Shown here one piece after another: positions 34,013 to 42,365 of a stretch of 45,472 bases of DNA. The stretch is from Candidatus Fermentibacteraceae bacterium. Its GTDB lineage: Bacteria; Fermentibacterota; Fermentibacteria; Fermentibacterales; JCC-6. The position numbers and the translations under genes are program-made. Under the pieces are notes generated by a model. The model saw nothing but the letters and a program-made list of their open reading frames with translations. It searched no databases and was not told the origin of the DNA. The stretch's first letter is position 1, and the number at the start of each line of letters is the position of its first letter. Location of the stretch: positions 1 to 45,472 of the forward strand of contig JAGGYZ010000329.1 in assembly GCA_021162285.1 (NCBI GenBank), read 5' to 3'.

Positions 34013-35440
34013 ATGGAGGAAACCATGGCTGAAAATTCCACCGGATTGACCACAGAGCAGCTTCTTATGGAGCTTGGGAAAGTGGTGCTGGGACTTGGCA
34101 GAAAAATTGAGGTTATGGGAGAGAAGATGGATGCTATTCATTCTGTTCTTGCAGATGATATAGCTCCTGCCTTGAAAGCAGATGAACACAAGCCGAATGG
34201 AGAAGCTGCTGCAGTCGATCTGACTCCGCTTCTTGAAAAGTTTGATGAGCTGAAAGCAGTACTGGAGAAGGGTTCTTCTGAAACTGCACCGGATGGCTCA
34301 GGAACATCTGATGCTCTGGCCGAAAAACTTCAGGCTATTGAAACAGTTCTTTCAAGCGAAATTCTGCCGTCCATCAAAGAGGCAGGTGGTAAAGAGACTG
34401 CTTCCACAATAGATCTGACTTCTGTTATCGAGAAGATTGATGCAGTGTCGGCAGCTATGGAAAAAACAGTGGCTATGGATGAATTGAAACCTCTTCTTGA
34501 GGGTCTTTCCGCCTCTTTTGAAAAGCTTCCATCAAACATGAGTGATTCTCTGAGAAAACTGAAGGAGTCGGATTCTTCGAATCCAATGGAGACAGTGGAG
34601 AAGAAGCTGACTGAAGTTTACAACAAACTTGAGGAAATACTGAAAACATCCAGTGACAGAAAATATGTCGATACCATTACAACGGGTATGACAGAGGTAA
34701 AACAACAGCTGGCATCTTCAGGTGTGCAGATTCTGGAGGTTGTAAAGGCTGTTCCGGACAAGATAGACAAAATGGGCGGGGATCTTTCCGAGGCAATAAA
34801 AGTTCTGTCAGAAAACACAGGCGCCATGCTTGACAAGACCGAGAAGAACATCAGCGAATCCGGCAAGTCTCTCGGGTCGATCAGAGAAGAGCTTGAAAAG
34901 GGTTTGAAGATGAACACGGATATGACCAGTCAGATGGTTGATCTTACAGCGAAATTCGTGGATAGAGCAGAAGAGGACAGAATAACTGATTTGAATACCA
35001 GAGCGATTGGCCACTTCAACCGTGGAGAGTACACGGAATCCGAGGCTCTGTTCAGCCAGGCTCTGAACCTGGCTCCGGAGAATTCTGAGCTTCTGTGCAA
35101 CACGGCTCACCTTAAAGCTGCCATGGAGGAGATGGAGGAGGCAGAGCAGTTGTTCCGCAAGGCTCTGGAGATAACACCAGATCTCGAACCGGCAGTGTCC
35201 GGTCTTGGCCTGCTTATGGTTAAAACGGACAGAGCAGAAGAAACTATTGAATTCCTCAAGAATGCCATTCCCGGAACGGATATGTCTGTACGAACTGTGA
35301 TAGCTCTTTCCCGTGCTCTTGCTGCTGTGGGCAAGCATGCAGAGGCAGTAGAACTGCTGGAGACATCGCTTCGGGGTGCTCCTGAACATCCGGATCTTAA
35401 ACAGGAGCTGGCTGGCTACGGTCAGGAGGAAAAGAGCTAG
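34013..35440 (+). CDS. Coiled-coil protein with an internally duplicated N-terminal half and C-terminal TPR repeats; no signal peptide
   Basis: An alternative start, ATG 34025, is preceded by GGAGGA. TPR-like C-terminus: AIGHFNRGEYTESEALFSQALNLAPEN..AEQLFRKALEITPD. The N-terminal duplication is detailed in the findings. Confidence 0.8.
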   Translation: MEETMAENSTGLTTEQLLMELGKVVLGLGRKIEVMGEKMDAIHSVLADDIAPALKADEHKPNGEAAAVDLTPLLEKFDELKAVLEKGSSETAPDGSGTSDALAEKLQAIETVLSSEILPSIKEAGGKETASTIDLTSVIEKIDAVSAAMEKTVAMDELKPLLEGLSASFEKLPSNMSDSLRKLKESDSSNPMETVEKKLTEVYNKLEEILKTSSDRKYVDTITTGMTEVKQQLASSGVQILEVVKAVPDKIDKMGGDLSEAIKVLSENTGAMLDKTEKNISESGKSLGSIREELEKGLKMNTDMTSQMVDLTAKFVDRAEEDRITDLNTRAIGHFNRGEYTESEALFSQALNLAPENSELLCNTAHLKAAMEEMEEAEQLFRKALEITPDLEPAVSGLGLLMVKTDRAEETIEFLKNAIPGTDMSVRTVIALSRALAAVGKHAEAVELLETSLRGAPEHPDLKQELAGYGQEEKS

Positions 35441-37603
35441 TTGAAACGGATCGCTGTTGCCTGTGTCTTTGTAATTCTCTCCTGTGGAAAGGTGTCAGAT
35501 TCTCCTGAATCTGTGAGTGGAGCTGAGCGAAGCTATCTCATGGAAGTCGCCGGAGACTCACTTCTTGTTTCCGGAGAAGGGGATGCAGCCTCGCTGATGT
35601 TCACCTCTGCTGCTCTGCTTCTTCAGCCAGGTTCGGAGAGAAGAGCGGAGCTTGCTGAAAAGGCTTCAGATGCTTCAGTTTCAGGATCAGTTGTTGTTGC
35701 AAGGCTTCTGCTGGAAACGCCTGGTGGAACCACACCATTCAGGGCGCTGAGAACCGGTGGTTCCCGGATTGCTCCCGACATAATGTCCGGACTGACCGCT
35801 GGCAGGTTTGTTCTTCCGGACTATGTCGCCCTTGTGGCTGCTGAGTCTCTTGTTGTAACAGACCCTGCTTATGCACTGGAGTTTCTTCAGATGATCCGTT
35901 CTGAGTTTCCGGGAACAGCAGAAAAAGACAGGCTTCTTGCAACCTACAGGGCTGCCCTGGGATCAGGAGATATTGATTTACAGCAGCAGTGCTGGAACAC
36001 GGCTTTTGACCGTGACGATGATATATTGAGATCAAAGTTCTACCATTTTCGGGGTATGGCCCGGGGTGTATACGGATTCAACGACTTTGTCGATTCATTC
36101 AACCTGTGGCCTGCAGGAGATATCCATGCAGCAGCATACCAACTGTTGCGGGACACCCTTCTTGCAGATTCTTCGCTTGCAAACATGGTTGCAGACCCCT
36201 TTTACAGTGGTGGTCTGTGGAATGAGGTTTACGATCTGTCGGTAAACTCAGCCTTCCCGCCGGCGCACATTGTGTATCTGGGAGGGAGAACCAGAGACAG
36301 GCTTGGAAGACACGACCTGGCAGTCGAGGTTTTGAGCGGCTATCTGGATAAGTGGCCCCGGGGCAGCGATGCTCCAAATGCATGTATCTACCTGGCCCGC
36401 GACATGGCTGCTCTTGGACTGGTGGATCAGGCAATGCAGAAGCTGGATTACTATGAAAACACATGGCCGGATCACAGCAGAATAAGTAATCTGCCCTGGT
36501 ACAGGGGAAGTCTTCTCGCAGAGAACGGTTTCTGGGAGAGGTCAATACCTTTCTTCGCAGAAACTGTAAGCAGGTATCCGGCAAACACAACTGTGGATGA
36601 TGCTCAGTTTTATGGATGTCTTGCCCTCATGAAAACAGGAAGAACTGCAGAAGCGGTTGAGGCATTCGGTAATTTCAACAGCAGATGGACACAGAGTGTC
36701 TACCGCCCGTCATCAAGATACTGGTATGGAGTACTGAAGATGCAGTCCGGTGATGAATCCGGAAGAGGAGTACTGGAAAGACTGATCAGTGACAAACCAT
36801 TCAGTCTTCCAGCTCGTTTTGCAAGACAGTATCTAGGTGTTCCGGGGTGGCGTCCTTTCTACACAGATGAGCAGCTGGAAGTCTGGATGGCCAGGAATGG
36901 AAAACCATCAGCAGTACCACCGCAGAGTGCCGTGGACGGGGTAATTCTGCTTCAGGCCGGGTGCAGAAAGTGGGCTCTGGATCTTTTCAGCCTTGCAGAG
37001 CAGGAGGTGGGCAGTGTATACGGGCTGGCTGCCTTTTATCTGGAAAACAATGTCTGGGAGAGAGGACCGTCGGCAGCCTGGCAGATATGGAGCCTTGAAG
37101 GCGACAATCGACCACTTGACCTCTGGAGACTTCGTTACCCTGCGGCATGGACAGACGATGTTACAGATGCAACAGCTCAATTTAATATGGATCCAAAACT
37201 GCTGTGGTCTATTATGAAACAGGAGAGTGCTTTTCAACCGGAGTGTTTTTCTTCTGCTGGTGCCAGAGGGCTGATTCAGATGATACCCAGTACTTCCGAG
37301 TATGTTGCCATTGAACACGGATGGCAGGATTCCTATACCCCGGATATCCTGTACGATCCGGCAACATCAATTCTTTACGGTACCGCGTGTATAAGCGGGT
37401 ATGGCGAAGACTTCAGCTGGGACATACCTGGAACCCTTGCAGGTTACAACGGTGGACCGCACAATGCGCTCAGGTGGGGATGGGGAACCGTTTCAACTGA
37501 AGAGTTTTTCAGCCGCATCACCTACAACGAAACGAAGAAGTATGTGGAAATAGTCAGTCACAACTACGACATCTACAAAGAAATCTGGCCTGAATTCAAC
37601 TGA
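35441..37603 (+). CDS. Soluble lytic murein transglycosylase (Slt70-like: superhelical N-terminal domain + C-terminal SLT domain), predicted lipoprotein
   Basis: The TTG start immediately follows the previous stop, with AGGAGGA 10 nt upstream. Signal: LKRIAVACVFVILSCG. Catalytic block: LLWSIMKQESAFQPECFSSAGARGLIQMIPST and LAGYNGGPHNA. Confidence 0.85.
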   Translation: MKRIAVACVFVILSCGKVSDSPESVSGAERSYLMEVAGDSLLVSGEGDAASLMFTSAALLLQPGSERRAELAEKASDASVSGSVVVARLLLETPGGTTPFRALRTGGSRIAPDIMSGLTAGRFVLPDYVALVAAESLVVTDPAYALEFLQMIRSEFPGTAEKDRLLATYRAALGSGDIDLQQQCWNTAFDRDDDILRSKFYHFRGMARGVYGFNDFVDSFNLWPAGDIHAAAYQLLRDTLLADSSLANMVADPFYSGGLWNEVYDLSVNSAFPPAHIVYLGGRTRDRLGRHDLAVEVLSGYLDKWPRGSDAPNACIYLARDMAALGLVDQAMQKLDYYENTWPDHSRISNLPWYRGSLLAENGFWERSIPFFAETVSRYPANTTVDDAQFYGCLALMKTGRTAEAVEAFGNFNSRWTQSVYRPSSRYWYGVLKMQSGDESGRGVLERLISDKPFSLPARFARQYLGVPGWRPFYTDEQLEVWMARNGKPSAVPPQSAVDGVILLQAGCRKWALDLFSLAEQEVGSVYGLAAFYLENNVWERGPSAAWQIWSLEGDNRPLDLWRLRYPAAWTDDVTDATAQFNMDPKLLWSIMKQESAFQPECFSSAGARGLIQMIPSTSEYVAIEHGWQDSYTPDILYDPATSILYGTACISGYGEDFSWDIPGTLAGYNGGPHNALRWGWGTVSTEEFFSRITYNETKKYVEIVSHNYDIYKEIWPEFN

Positions 37604-37772
37604 CTGCACACTTATTCGTAGCATACAGCATATCGTTAACTGTTTCTAACATGTTTAGACTGAATAAGATACAGCGAATTTGGTGTTTCAATTCGCGGAA
37701 TTGTATAATCGGGGCAGTACCAGTCTGAAAGGCTGGACGGCACATCTGTTTCATACACAGAAGGGAAACACA

Positions 37773-39017
37773 ATGTCTCGCAGAATATACAGTGATATTA
37801 CAGACCTTATCGAAAAAAGAAGAGCAGAGGGTTTGATAAAAGAGGAGAGAGTTATCACCTCTCCACAGGGCACAGAGATAGAAGTCGGTTCCAGAAAGAA
37901 TGTACTTAATTTCTGTGCAAACAATTACCTGGGGCTGTCAAATCACCCTGCCGTGCGTCAGGCGGCAAAAGACACTATGGACAGCAGAGGCTACGGGCTT
38001 TCCAGTGTGAGATTCATCTGTGGCACACAGGACATTCACAGGGAGCTTGAGACAAAGGTATCTGAATTCCTTGGCACCGATGACACAATTCTCTACGCTG
38101 CCTGCTACGATGCCAATGCCGGTATCTTTGAACCATTTCTTGATTCAGACAGTGCAATAATAGCGGATCAGCTGAACCATGCTTCGATAATTTCAGGGGT
38201 AAGGTTGTGCAAAGCAAAGAGGTACATCTACAGTCACAATCAGACAGGTACTGGTTCCTACAGTTTTGACGGTAAAGATCTTCCCGGTCTTGAGGCGATA
38301 CTGTCAAGTGAAGAAGTGCAGAACTGCAGGTATCGCATGGTATCAACCGATGGTGTTTTCAGCATGAACGGTGACATTGCTCCACTGGATAGAATTGTAA
38401 AGCTATGCAACAAATACGATGCTCTGCTGATGGTTGATGACAGTCATGCCACCGGGTACATCGGAGCAACCGGCAGAGGTACCCATGAGCACTACGGCGT
38501 TATGGGCAGTGTAGACCTGATCACAACAACCTTCGGAAAAGCACTTGGAGGCGCAAGTGGGGGCTGTACTTCCGGCAGGAAGGAACTGATCGACTGGCTC
38601 CGACAGATGTCACGCCCCTACCTTTTTTCCAACACTGTTGCACCGGCAGTGGTAGGTGCAACAATAAAGGCAATTGACATGCTCACACAAAGCACTGCCC
38701 TGCGCGACAAAGTTCATGAGAATGCCAACTATTTCAGAGATGGAATCAGAAAAGCAGGGTTTTCCATCATCGACGGTGAAACTGCAATTGTTCCAATTAT
38801 GTTCGGAGGTTATGAAAACGACGCAGTGCTTGTGCAGAAGTTTGCGAACGATCTTCTGGAGCACGGTGTCTATGCAATTGGCTTCTTCTTTCCTGTTGTG
38901 GCGCTGGGACAGTCAAGAATCAGAGTGCAGCTCAGCGCGGCGCACACTCGGGAACAGCTTGACAGAGCAATACAGGCTTTTGTAGCTGTGGGAAGAGAAA
39001 ACGGAATCGTAAACTGA
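37773..39017 (+). CDS. kbl: Glycine C-acetyltransferase (2-amino-3-ketobutyrate CoA ligase)
   Basis: ATG at 37773 with AAGGGA upstream; the listed upstream extension has no homology signal. Motifs: NFCANNYLGLSNHP, DQLNHASII, MVDDSHATG, and the PLP-lysine block TTFGKALGGASGG. Confidence 0.88.
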   Translation: MSRRIYSDITDLIEKRRAEGLIKEERVITSPQGTEIEVGSRKNVLNFCANNYLGLSNHPAVRQAAKDTMDSRGYGLSSVRFICGTQDIHRELETKVSEFLGTDDTILYAACYDANAGIFEPFLDSDSAIIADQLNHASIISGVRLCKAKRYIYSHNQTGTGSYSFDGKDLPGLEAILSSEEVQNCRYRMVSTDGVFSMNGDIAPLDRIVKLCNKYDALLMVDDSHATGYIGATGRGTHEHYGVMGSVDLITTTFGKALGGASGGCTSGRKELIDWLRQMSRPYLFSNTVAPAVVGATIKAIDMLTQSTALRDKVHENANYFRDGIRKAGFSIIDGETAIVPIMFGGYENDAVLVQKFANDLLEHGVYAIGFFFPVVALGQSRIRVQLSAAHTREQLDRAIQAFVAVGRENGIVN

Positions 39018-39050
39018 TATCCAGGGAGTATTGACATACCCAGCAATAGT

Positions 39051-39704
39051 ATGAATATACCCAATATGAGTAACAACCCGAACGAATTGATTGGCGAGAG
39101 CCTTTTTGGAAAGGTTCGCAGGAAGGTTCTTTCCACATTTGTGCTCAATCCAGAGCGTACATTCTATCTGCTTGAACTGATCAGATTTCTTAACTCCGGC
39201 AGGGGAGCAGTTCAAAGAGAAGTTACCCGGCTTTCAGGCGCTGGGATCATTACGCGAACGAAGGTGGGTAACCAGGTACACTACAGAGCGAACACAAACA
39301 ATCTTATCTACAGAGAACTCAGGTCAATATTTTCGAAAACGACAGGTTTGATTGATCTTCTCAGAGCAGACCTTGAAAGCTGTACTGATGAACTGGGGAT
39401 GGCTTTCATATACGGTGACTATGCCGCTGGAACAGCAGGCGAGAATTCACCGGTCAAGCTGATGGTTGTTGGCGATACTGCAATGGATGCTGTTCGTGCA
39501 TGTACTGTAGAGTTTTCAAGGGAGGCGGCGAGAGAACTTCATGTTACTGTTCTGACTGCTGCTGAGCTGAAGAGGAGACTGGCATCCCACGACCGACGGA
39601 TTAATGAGATTCTTGCGGACAACAAGATATTTCTTGCAGGAGGTGGAAGGGAGCTTCAGGTTCTATCAACTACCGGGGATGACCTTTTCGATGGAATCTT
39701 TTAG
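39051..39704 (+). CDS. Winged-helix (ArsR/MarR-like) DNA-binding domain fused to a degenerate minimal nucleotidyltransferase (MNT-like) domain
   Basis: wHTH: LFGKVRRKVLSTFVLNPERTFYLLELIRFLNSGRGAVQREVTRLSGAGIITRTKVGNQVHYRAN. The NTase-like block reads FIYGDYAAGTAGENSPVKLMVVGD where the canonical family has FGSxARG..SDxDLxVV. An alternative start is ATG 39066. Confidence 0.75.
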   Translation: MNIPNMSNNPNELIGESLFGKVRRKVLSTFVLNPERTFYLLELIRFLNSGRGAVQREVTRLSGAGIITRTKVGNQVHYRANTNNLIYRELRSIFSKTTGLIDLLRADLESCTDELGMAFIYGDYAAGTAGENSPVKLMVVGDTAMDAVRACTVEFSREAARELHVTVLTAAELKRRLASHDRRINEILADNKIFLAGGGRELQVLSTTGDDLFDGIF

Positions 39705-39745
39705 ATTGTCTGTGAAGTGCAGCTGCAAATAAAGACATAAGGCGG

Positions 39746-40978
39746 ATGAAAATGACTGATAAAGTTACCCGGTTTCAGGAAGATGTTACAAGAACCATCC
39801 TGGGGTTAAGAAAATCCATAGGCATTGTTGTTAGCAAACTGCCTGACAGGATAGACAGTCCCCACGATGTGTATCAGGTACTGGGTCTCGACAAGAAACT
39901 TGGCTGGAGAATCTACAAGATAATACACGAAGACGATCTTTTTTTTGCAGCACAGTTCGTGCCTGGTAAGCATTCTTTTGGTCGCTTTATAAGAAGCTGC
40001 AAGGCAAAAGGCGTGGAAAAAAGCTACCTGGATGCGGCGTTGGAAGCAGTAGAGGAATTCTACGAGATAATAGAGATTCATTCCGGGGACAGACAGTCTA
40101 TGGATATGATGCTCATGGCCAGTTCGCGTGATGGCAGAGATCAGGCCTACAACACTCTTAGAAAACAGGCGTACTACGCACAGAGTCATCTGCTGGGTCT
40201 TCAGGCAGAAACGCAGCTTGATGCCTGGATTTTCGGACCGTCTGTTGAAGAGGGAATGCTTGACGTGGCTGAAGTCAAAGGTCTTTTTGATGTAAGAAGG
40301 AACAGACCCGGGGTGAAATGGGTTATAGATACACCTTGTTTTTATGCTGGAAACGAGCATGAAGAACATGTATTTACAAATTCAATTGACCCGGGAGCAA
40401 CATGCAGCCTGATGGACAAGGTTCCTTTTCTGGAAAGCTACTGCAGTACCCCTCTGCCTTCACTGAAAACAGTTACTTCCCACAGCTGTGGTCCGGTTTA
40501 CGAGCTTGAAGACGGACCACTGGGAAATACGAACCTTATAGATACAGTTACAGGAACCGTTTCAAGGGGTATTTTTCCCATAAAACCCGAAGAGGGTGAA
40601 GAGCACCACGAAGTGTCTGTAAAGATATATACTCCTGTTCAGAACCTGGTTCTGGATCTGTTTTTCCACGAAACCATGGCGGAAACCATGTCCGGTAATC
40701 CTCAGGCTAAAATGCTGTTCGATTACTACACCCACGGAGGTGCACTTGCTTACCGTTCAGACAGAGACAGGATTCCCATGGATGTGAAACCCATGATGAT
40801 AGGTACAGGTACAAGCTGTGCCTACACACCTCTGATTCCGAAGTACTCCGACATGCTCGCGGAAGTGTTCCAGTGTCTCAGGTGGGATCCGGACGAGTTT
40901 GTGGTGTACAGAACACGGGTGGAGTTCCCCATTGTTCCCTCATCACTTTACTACTCTGATGCAATGGTGAGAAGCTAG
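39746..40978 (+). CDS. Hypothetical protein (410 aa) with no recognisable domain; downstream partner of the wHTH-NTase gene
   Basis: This is the longest ORF at the locus, 41 nt downstream of the regulator gene, with AAGG upstream. Its composition looks ordinary and protein-like. The 187-aa antisense ORF is F/L/S/K-rich and looks like a shadow. Confidence 0.7.
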   Translation: MKMTDKVTRFQEDVTRTILGLRKSIGIVVSKLPDRIDSPHDVYQVLGLDKKLGWRIYKIIHEDDLFFAAQFVPGKHSFGRFIRSCKAKGVEKSYLDAALEAVEEFYEIIEIHSGDRQSMDMMLMASSRDGRDQAYNTLRKQAYYAQSHLLGLQAETQLDAWIFGPSVEEGMLDVAEVKGLFDVRRNRPGVKWVIDTPCFYAGNEHEEHVFTNSIDPGATCSLMDKVPFLESYCSTPLPSLKTVTSHSCGPVYELEDGPLGNTNLIDTVTGTVSRGIFPIKPEEGEEHHEVSVKIYTPVQNLVLDLFFHETMAETMSGNPQAKMLFDYYTHGGALAYRSDRDRIPMDVKPMMIGTGTSCAYTPLIPKYSDMLAEVFQCLRWDPDEFVVYRTRVEFPIVPSSLYYSDAMVRS

Positions 40979-42273
40979 TCCTCATCTTCCATCATTGCTC
41001 TGCGACTTGTTTTAAGAGCGCAGAGATGTCCGCACATTGAACAGACATCTTCGTCTTCCGGAAGTACCTCGTCACGAAAGTTTCTTGCTGTTACAGGATC
41101 CATGGCGATTTCAAACTGCTGTTTCCAGTCAAATGCCGCTCTTGCTTCGGCCATGGCATTGTCCGGATTCATAGCTCCTGGAATTCCCCTTGCAATATCC
41201 GCTGCATGCGCAGCAATCCTGGCAGATATGACTCCCACTCTAACATCATCTATGTCTGGCAGTCTCAGGTGTTCAGCCGGGGTTACATAGCACAGGAAGT
41301 CCGCTCCGTTCCACGCGGCTATTGCTCCTCCGATAGCACTGGTGATGTGATCGTAACCTGGTGCAATATCAGTTACTATAGGGCCGAGAACATAGAACGG
41401 AGCTCCACCGCACAGACTTTTTTGAATTCTGATATTTTCTGCGATCTGATCCATCGGAACATGGCCTGGACCCTCTATCATCGTCTGCACATCCGCTGCC
41501 AGAGCCTTCTTCTGCAGCTCTCCAAGGGAAACAAGTTCTTCTATCTGGCCTCTGTCTCCAGCATCGGCGATGCAGCCCGGGCGGAGACCATCACCGAGAG
41601 AAAATGTAACATCGTATTCTCTGAGGATTTCAGTCAGCCTGTTGAAACCGGAGTACAGAGGGTTCTCCTCTCCCCGTTTTTCCATCCACTCTGCCATGAG
41701 AGAGCCTCCACGGGAAACTATCCCCATTTTACGCCCCTGTTCACGCAGAAGTGCCACTGACCGTCTTGTAACCCCGCAGTGCAGTGTAAGGTAGTCTACT
41801 CCGGCTCTGCAGTGATCTTCCACGGCGGAGAAAATTTCTTCAGCCGATACATCTGCCACATCACGGTTATCATCCATTGCAACTCCGAAGACCTGGTAAA
41901 CAGGTACAGTTCCGAGAGGAACCGGGCTGGCTGCGGTAATACCTTTAAGAATAGTCTTCCAGCCTGTACCTGTGGAGAGGTCCATAACCGTGTGCGCTCC
42001 GGAGGAAACAGCCATTTTCAGCTTTTCCAGTTCCTCTTTAACCGACTCGTGGTCCATTGAGCTGCCGATGTTTGCGTTTATCTTTATCCTGCTTCCACCG
42101 CCTATTATGCAGGGCGATGATATTCTTCTTGTGTTGTTGGACGGAACAACGGCGTGACCGGCAGCAATTTCCCTGAGAGCATCTTCAACACAGAGGCTTT
42201 CATCCTTGATCGCAAGGAGTACAACGCTGTCTGCTTTTCCCATGCGTGCCTGTTCGATAATTGTATTTGACAT
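40975..42273 (-). CDS. thiC: ThiC-family radical-SAM enzyme, short form (phosphomethylpyrimidine synthase; a BzaF-type paralogue cannot be excluded)
   Basis: Motifs: PVYQ, DYLTLHCGV, GIVSRGGS, LSLGDGLRPGCIADA, MIEGPGHVP, GPIVTDIAPGYDHITSAIG, and the C-terminal cluster motif CSMCGHLC. Confidence 0.85.
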   Translation of the reverse strand: MSNTIIEQARMGKADSVVLLAIKDESLCVEDALREIAAGHAVVPSNNTRRISSPCIIGGGSRIKINANIGSSMDHESVKEELEKLKMAVSSGAHTVMDLSTGTGWKTILKGITAASPVPLGTVPVYQVFGVAMDDNRDVADVSAEEIFSAVEDHCRAGVDYLTLHCGVTRRSVALLREQGRKMGIVSRGGSLMAEWMEKRGEENPLYSGFNRLTEILREYDVTFSLGDGLRPGCIADAGDRGQIEELVSLGELQKKALAADVQTMIEGPGHVPMDQIAENIRIQKSLCGGAPFYVLGPIVTDIAPGYDHITSAIGGAIAAWNGADFLCYVTPAEHLRLPDIDDVRVGVISARIAAHAADIARGIPGAMNPDNAMAEARAAFDWKQQFEIAMDPVTARNFRDEVLPEDEDVCSMCGHLCALKTSRRAMMEDED

Positions 42274-42365
42274 GTCGTCCTTTCCAGTTCTAATTTTCCG
42301 GCGATTTCACCGAACATGAATTATAGTTTACTTCTCAGTGAACCGCATTCAATCTGGAGGAAACC

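Noticed and set aside
37680-37772. Upstream extension of kbl, plus a candidate promoter TTGGTG-N18-TATAAT at 37680-37709 and a GCGAATT/AATTCGC hairpin at 37674-37696
   Set aside because: The extension precedes the conserved Kbl N-terminus, and the ATG at 37773 has the SD. The promoter and hairpin are plausible, but they rest on a single weak -35 match, so I did not list them as features.
39806-40369. 187-aa minus-strand ORF opposite the 410-aa orphan
   Set aside because: It is shorter than the plus-strand ORF and F/L/S/K/C-rich with no start context. The plus-strand ORF fits the operon layout with the upstream regulator. The rejection is less certain than for the other shadow ORFs, because neither frame has homology support.
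42274-42365. Calling a TPP riboswitch feature upstream of the ThiC-family gene
   Set aside because: Only the CUGAGA hexamer is present, and the other conserved helices and junctions are absent by eye. I did not annotate it as a feature, and the absence is flagged as a finding to test with Infernal.
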